64,000 bases of DNA from Malacoraja senta. Taxonomy: Eukaryota. The notes beneath the pieces are model-generated. The model was not told where the DNA came from. It did not search any database and saw nothing but the letters and a program-made list of their open reading frames with translations. Shown piece after piece: positions 61,159-64,000 of this stretch (within the stretch, counting starts at the first letter, position 1; every line of letters starts with the position of its first letter). The stretch spans positions 24,554,001-24,618,000 of the forward strand of contig CM075988.1 of assembly GCA_038087875.1 (NCBI GenBank). The letters are read 5' to 3'. The translations under genes and the position numbers were made by a program.

Positions 61159-62482
61159 ATGCAAGATGCTAAGCAAAAGAGCCTAGGAGGAGTCTCATTC
61201 TGCAGTTGGAATATAAGAGGTATTAATGAACCTATTAAAAGGGCTAAGATACTAGATCAGCTGAAATTGTACAATTCTGGCATTATCTTTTTACAAGAAA
61301 CTCATCTAAAATCCCATGATCAACCTAGGTTGAGGGCGAAATGGATAGGTCAAACATACCATTCTTCATTTACCTCGAAATCTAGAGGTACGTCAATTAT
61401 TATAAGAAAAGGTATACCATTCAAAGCAAAGAATACTATAACAGACATTGAAGGGAGATACTTAATAGTTAATGGAGAAATTCATGATACTCCAATCACT
61501 TTGGTAAATATATACGCGCCTAACTTTGACACCCCTCATTTTTAAAATAAAATTTTGAATAGAATCGCAGAGTCTAACTATCAAAATGTTATAATAGGAG
61601 GAGACTTTAACTGTGTTTTAGATCCGTATTTAGATAAATCAAGCAAAAAACTTAGAGGGAATACGAAATCTAAATCTGGTGAATTTTTACATACTTATAT
61701 AAACAACACTAATATAGCAGATGTTTGGAGAATTGCTAATCCAACTGGCAGGGAATACTCGTTTTATTCAATGGTACACAAAACATACTCACGTATAGAT
61801 TATTTCCTGGCGGACACCAAATTAATCCCTCATATTTCTAACCCAACATATCATACAAACTCTATTTCAGATCATTCACCATTAACTTTTTTTTTTAAAC
61901 TGGAAGGGATGTCTAAGAATAAATCGTTCTGGAGATTTAACTCTCATATCTTAAAAGTTCCACAAGCGCGTATATATTTAAAAGAACAAATGGATGCCTT
62001 TTTTGAAATAAATGACACTCCAGACATATCGCCTACTGTATTATGGGAATCTTTTAAAGCATATATTAGAGGTATTATAATTTCATACCAAGCTTTTCAA
62101 AATAAAAAGAATAAGAATGAACAAAAACAACTAGAGGAACTTATTAGACAAATGGATATAGATAATGCTAAAGATCCACCAATAGAAAAACATAATAAAA
62201 TAATAATTCTGAAATTTAAATTAAATAAACTATTATCAGCCAAACTGATAAAACTTTTTCAAATTACAAAACAAGAGTACTTTGAATTTGGGGATAAACC
62301 GCATAAACTTCTGGCCCGCCAGCTAAAAAAACGTGAAAAAGAACATACGATCCCAAAGATTAAATCAGATAGAGGGGAGTTACTAACTACACCGAAGGAT
62401 ATTAATAAAAGATTTGCACAATTTTATGAGAATCTGTATACATCTAAAACGACAACTGATTCCTATAAAATTACTGAGTTTC
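61159..62482 (+). pseudogene. L1 ORF2 N-terminus (APE endonuclease); in-frame stop at 61543-61545, truncated before the RT domain
   Basis: SWNIRGIN, IIFLQETHL, LVNIYAPN, IIGGDFN, YSRIDYFL, ISDHSP, WRFN, LWESFKAYIRG. Confidence 0.93.
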
Positions 62483-62989
62483 TGGATCAATAATATATGT
62501 TAATATAAATGCCAGTTGTTAGTATTGATAACCTTTTTCTTGGTGAGAACGTTCTAAAACAAGAGGCTGTATGGAACGGATAATTTACATATGAATCATT
62601 TGGAATCACTCAATAATCATACTGAACTCTGAACAATGGAATTATTTAAAATATCAGAATTAATCCAGCAACTCACTGTAATTACACGAACTTCTATCGA
62701 ATGAAAGCAGCATTATTCACAAATCAGGCAACTCACTTCAAACAGATGCAGCTGACTAGAATATTAATAGCTGTGCTCTTGAGCCGAGAGGGAGGAACTT
62801 GACCTAGTTTCTAAGCAGCCAACTCCATGAAATTCCATTGTTTCTTTCTCAGTACCTTTTCCCAAATCTTCAAATCTCAAAACTAATGCAAAACCTGACC
62901 CGGGTCCCAGATGGCAATCTCAGACCAACCTTGCAAGTGGTGATCACGTCCCAACATTAGCGCCAGTAAGAAAGAGAGCCTAATTGTTG

Positions 62990-63540
62990 GACTGGAGCAC
63001 ATCATTAATCCAGCCACTCCCAGGGTAATACTAAGGACTGCTGCATTGTTGGAGATGCCAGCTTATAGATGGGAGTATTAAGATGAGGACTCCTCTCCTA
63101 TTTCACATGTATGAAGAACATCTAATTTATTCAACAAAATATTCACGTTATTGGCATAGCCAGCATTTCATCCCCATTTGTAATTGCCACCTGGTATGAG
63201 CAGCTTGCTGGAATATTTCAAAGAGAAGGTAAGAATCAGTACAGTGGTTCATCTGGAGTAAGGCACAGGCCAGATCTGGTAAGGACAGCCGCTTTCTTTC
63301 CCTGAGGGCACTAATGAACCAGGTGTCTTTTTACAGCAATCTGGCAGTTCATTAGTGATGCCATGGAGATATTTTGACGAAAAGCCCAGGTCAATATTTA
63401 GCTCTCATTTGTCTCACTGCTGTTTGTGGAACTTTGTTAATTGCAATTTGTCTAACGTGAATTCTATGTCACTAATGTGGCCACTCTTCTGGAGAATGTC
63501 ACAAATTGTAGGTATGTCCTTGGGTGCCATGTAAATTACA
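62990..63540 (+). mobile_element. Old SacSINE1/Deu-type SINE relic (interrupted)
   Basis: cactcccag...gctgcattgttggagatgcc...; cactgctgtttgtggaactttg. Confidence 0.55.
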
Positions 63541-63542
63541 AG

Positions 63543-63917
63543 GTTTAGTTTAGTTTAGAGAGGCGGAAACAGGCCGTTCGCCCCACCGAGTCCGCACTGA
63601 CCAGCGATCCTCGCACATTAACACTATCCTATACCCACTAAGTAAGTAAGTAAGTAAGTAAGTAAGTTTATTGGCCAAGTATTCACATACAAGGAATTTG
63701 CCTTGGTGCTCCACCCACAAGGGACTATTTACACTTATACCAAGTCAATTTACCTATAAACCAGTACGTCTTTGGAGTGTGGGAGGAAACCGAAGATCTC
63801 TGAGAAAACCCACATAGTCACGGGAAGAACATACAAACTCCGTACAGGCAGCACCCGTGGTCGGGATCAAACCCAGGTCTCCGGCGCTGCAAGAGCTGTA
63901 AGGCAACAACTCTACCA
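63543..63917 (-). mobile_element. HE1-like SINE with a LINE-tail insert at ~63641-63712
   Basis: Family match. Confidence 0.88.
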
Positions 63918-64000
63918 CGTGCTGCAAGGGCAGGAAATTGGTTTGTAATTTATTTTTTGCTGTTCATGTAGTTGCAAAGTCTTAAAATAACATGCCCTCA

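Larger units (their letters stand above)
57036..62482 (-). mobile_element. L1-clade LINE insertion with inverted 5' segment (twin-priming type)
   Basis: 16-bp TSD tggatcaataatatat at 57020-57035 and 62483-62498; 3' part on minus (57036-58448), 5' part on plus (58445-62482). Confidence 0.9.

Overview
64 kb of repeat-dense, apparently non-coding (intronic or intergenic) vertebrate DNA. The repeat content (HE1-type tRNA/V-SINEs, CR1-type LINE tails, SacSINE1/Deu-like SINE relics, Penelope-like elements) points to a cartilaginous fish, probably a skate or ray (inference). I recognise no host protein-coding gene; there is one weak candidate minus-strand exon. All convincing coding sequence is retroelement-derived: a 5'-truncated, frameshifted Penelope-like element (RT + GIY-YIG, 34761-36084) and a rearranged L1-clade LINE (57036-62482) with twin-priming architecture and a second L1 nested at its ORF1 start codon. 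Bases 1-3931 recur at 11130-15060 across a 200-N gap, probably a false duplication in the assembly. Top finding: a ~135-bp TSD-flanked element present twice (16584-16719, 55253-55384, minus strand). Its first 54 nt fold into a complete minimal HDV/CPEB3-like self-cleaving ribozyme, its 5' end falls exactly on the predicted cleavage-site G1 in both copies, and it ends in a hairpin plus (GAA)n LINE-like tail. This looks like a ribozyme-headed SINE with no Pol III head. A second RNA-based system is the set of about 20 Penelope-derived minimal hammerhead-like motifs, many in short TSD-flanked or fold-back inserts. All assignments were made by eye; no database searches were run.
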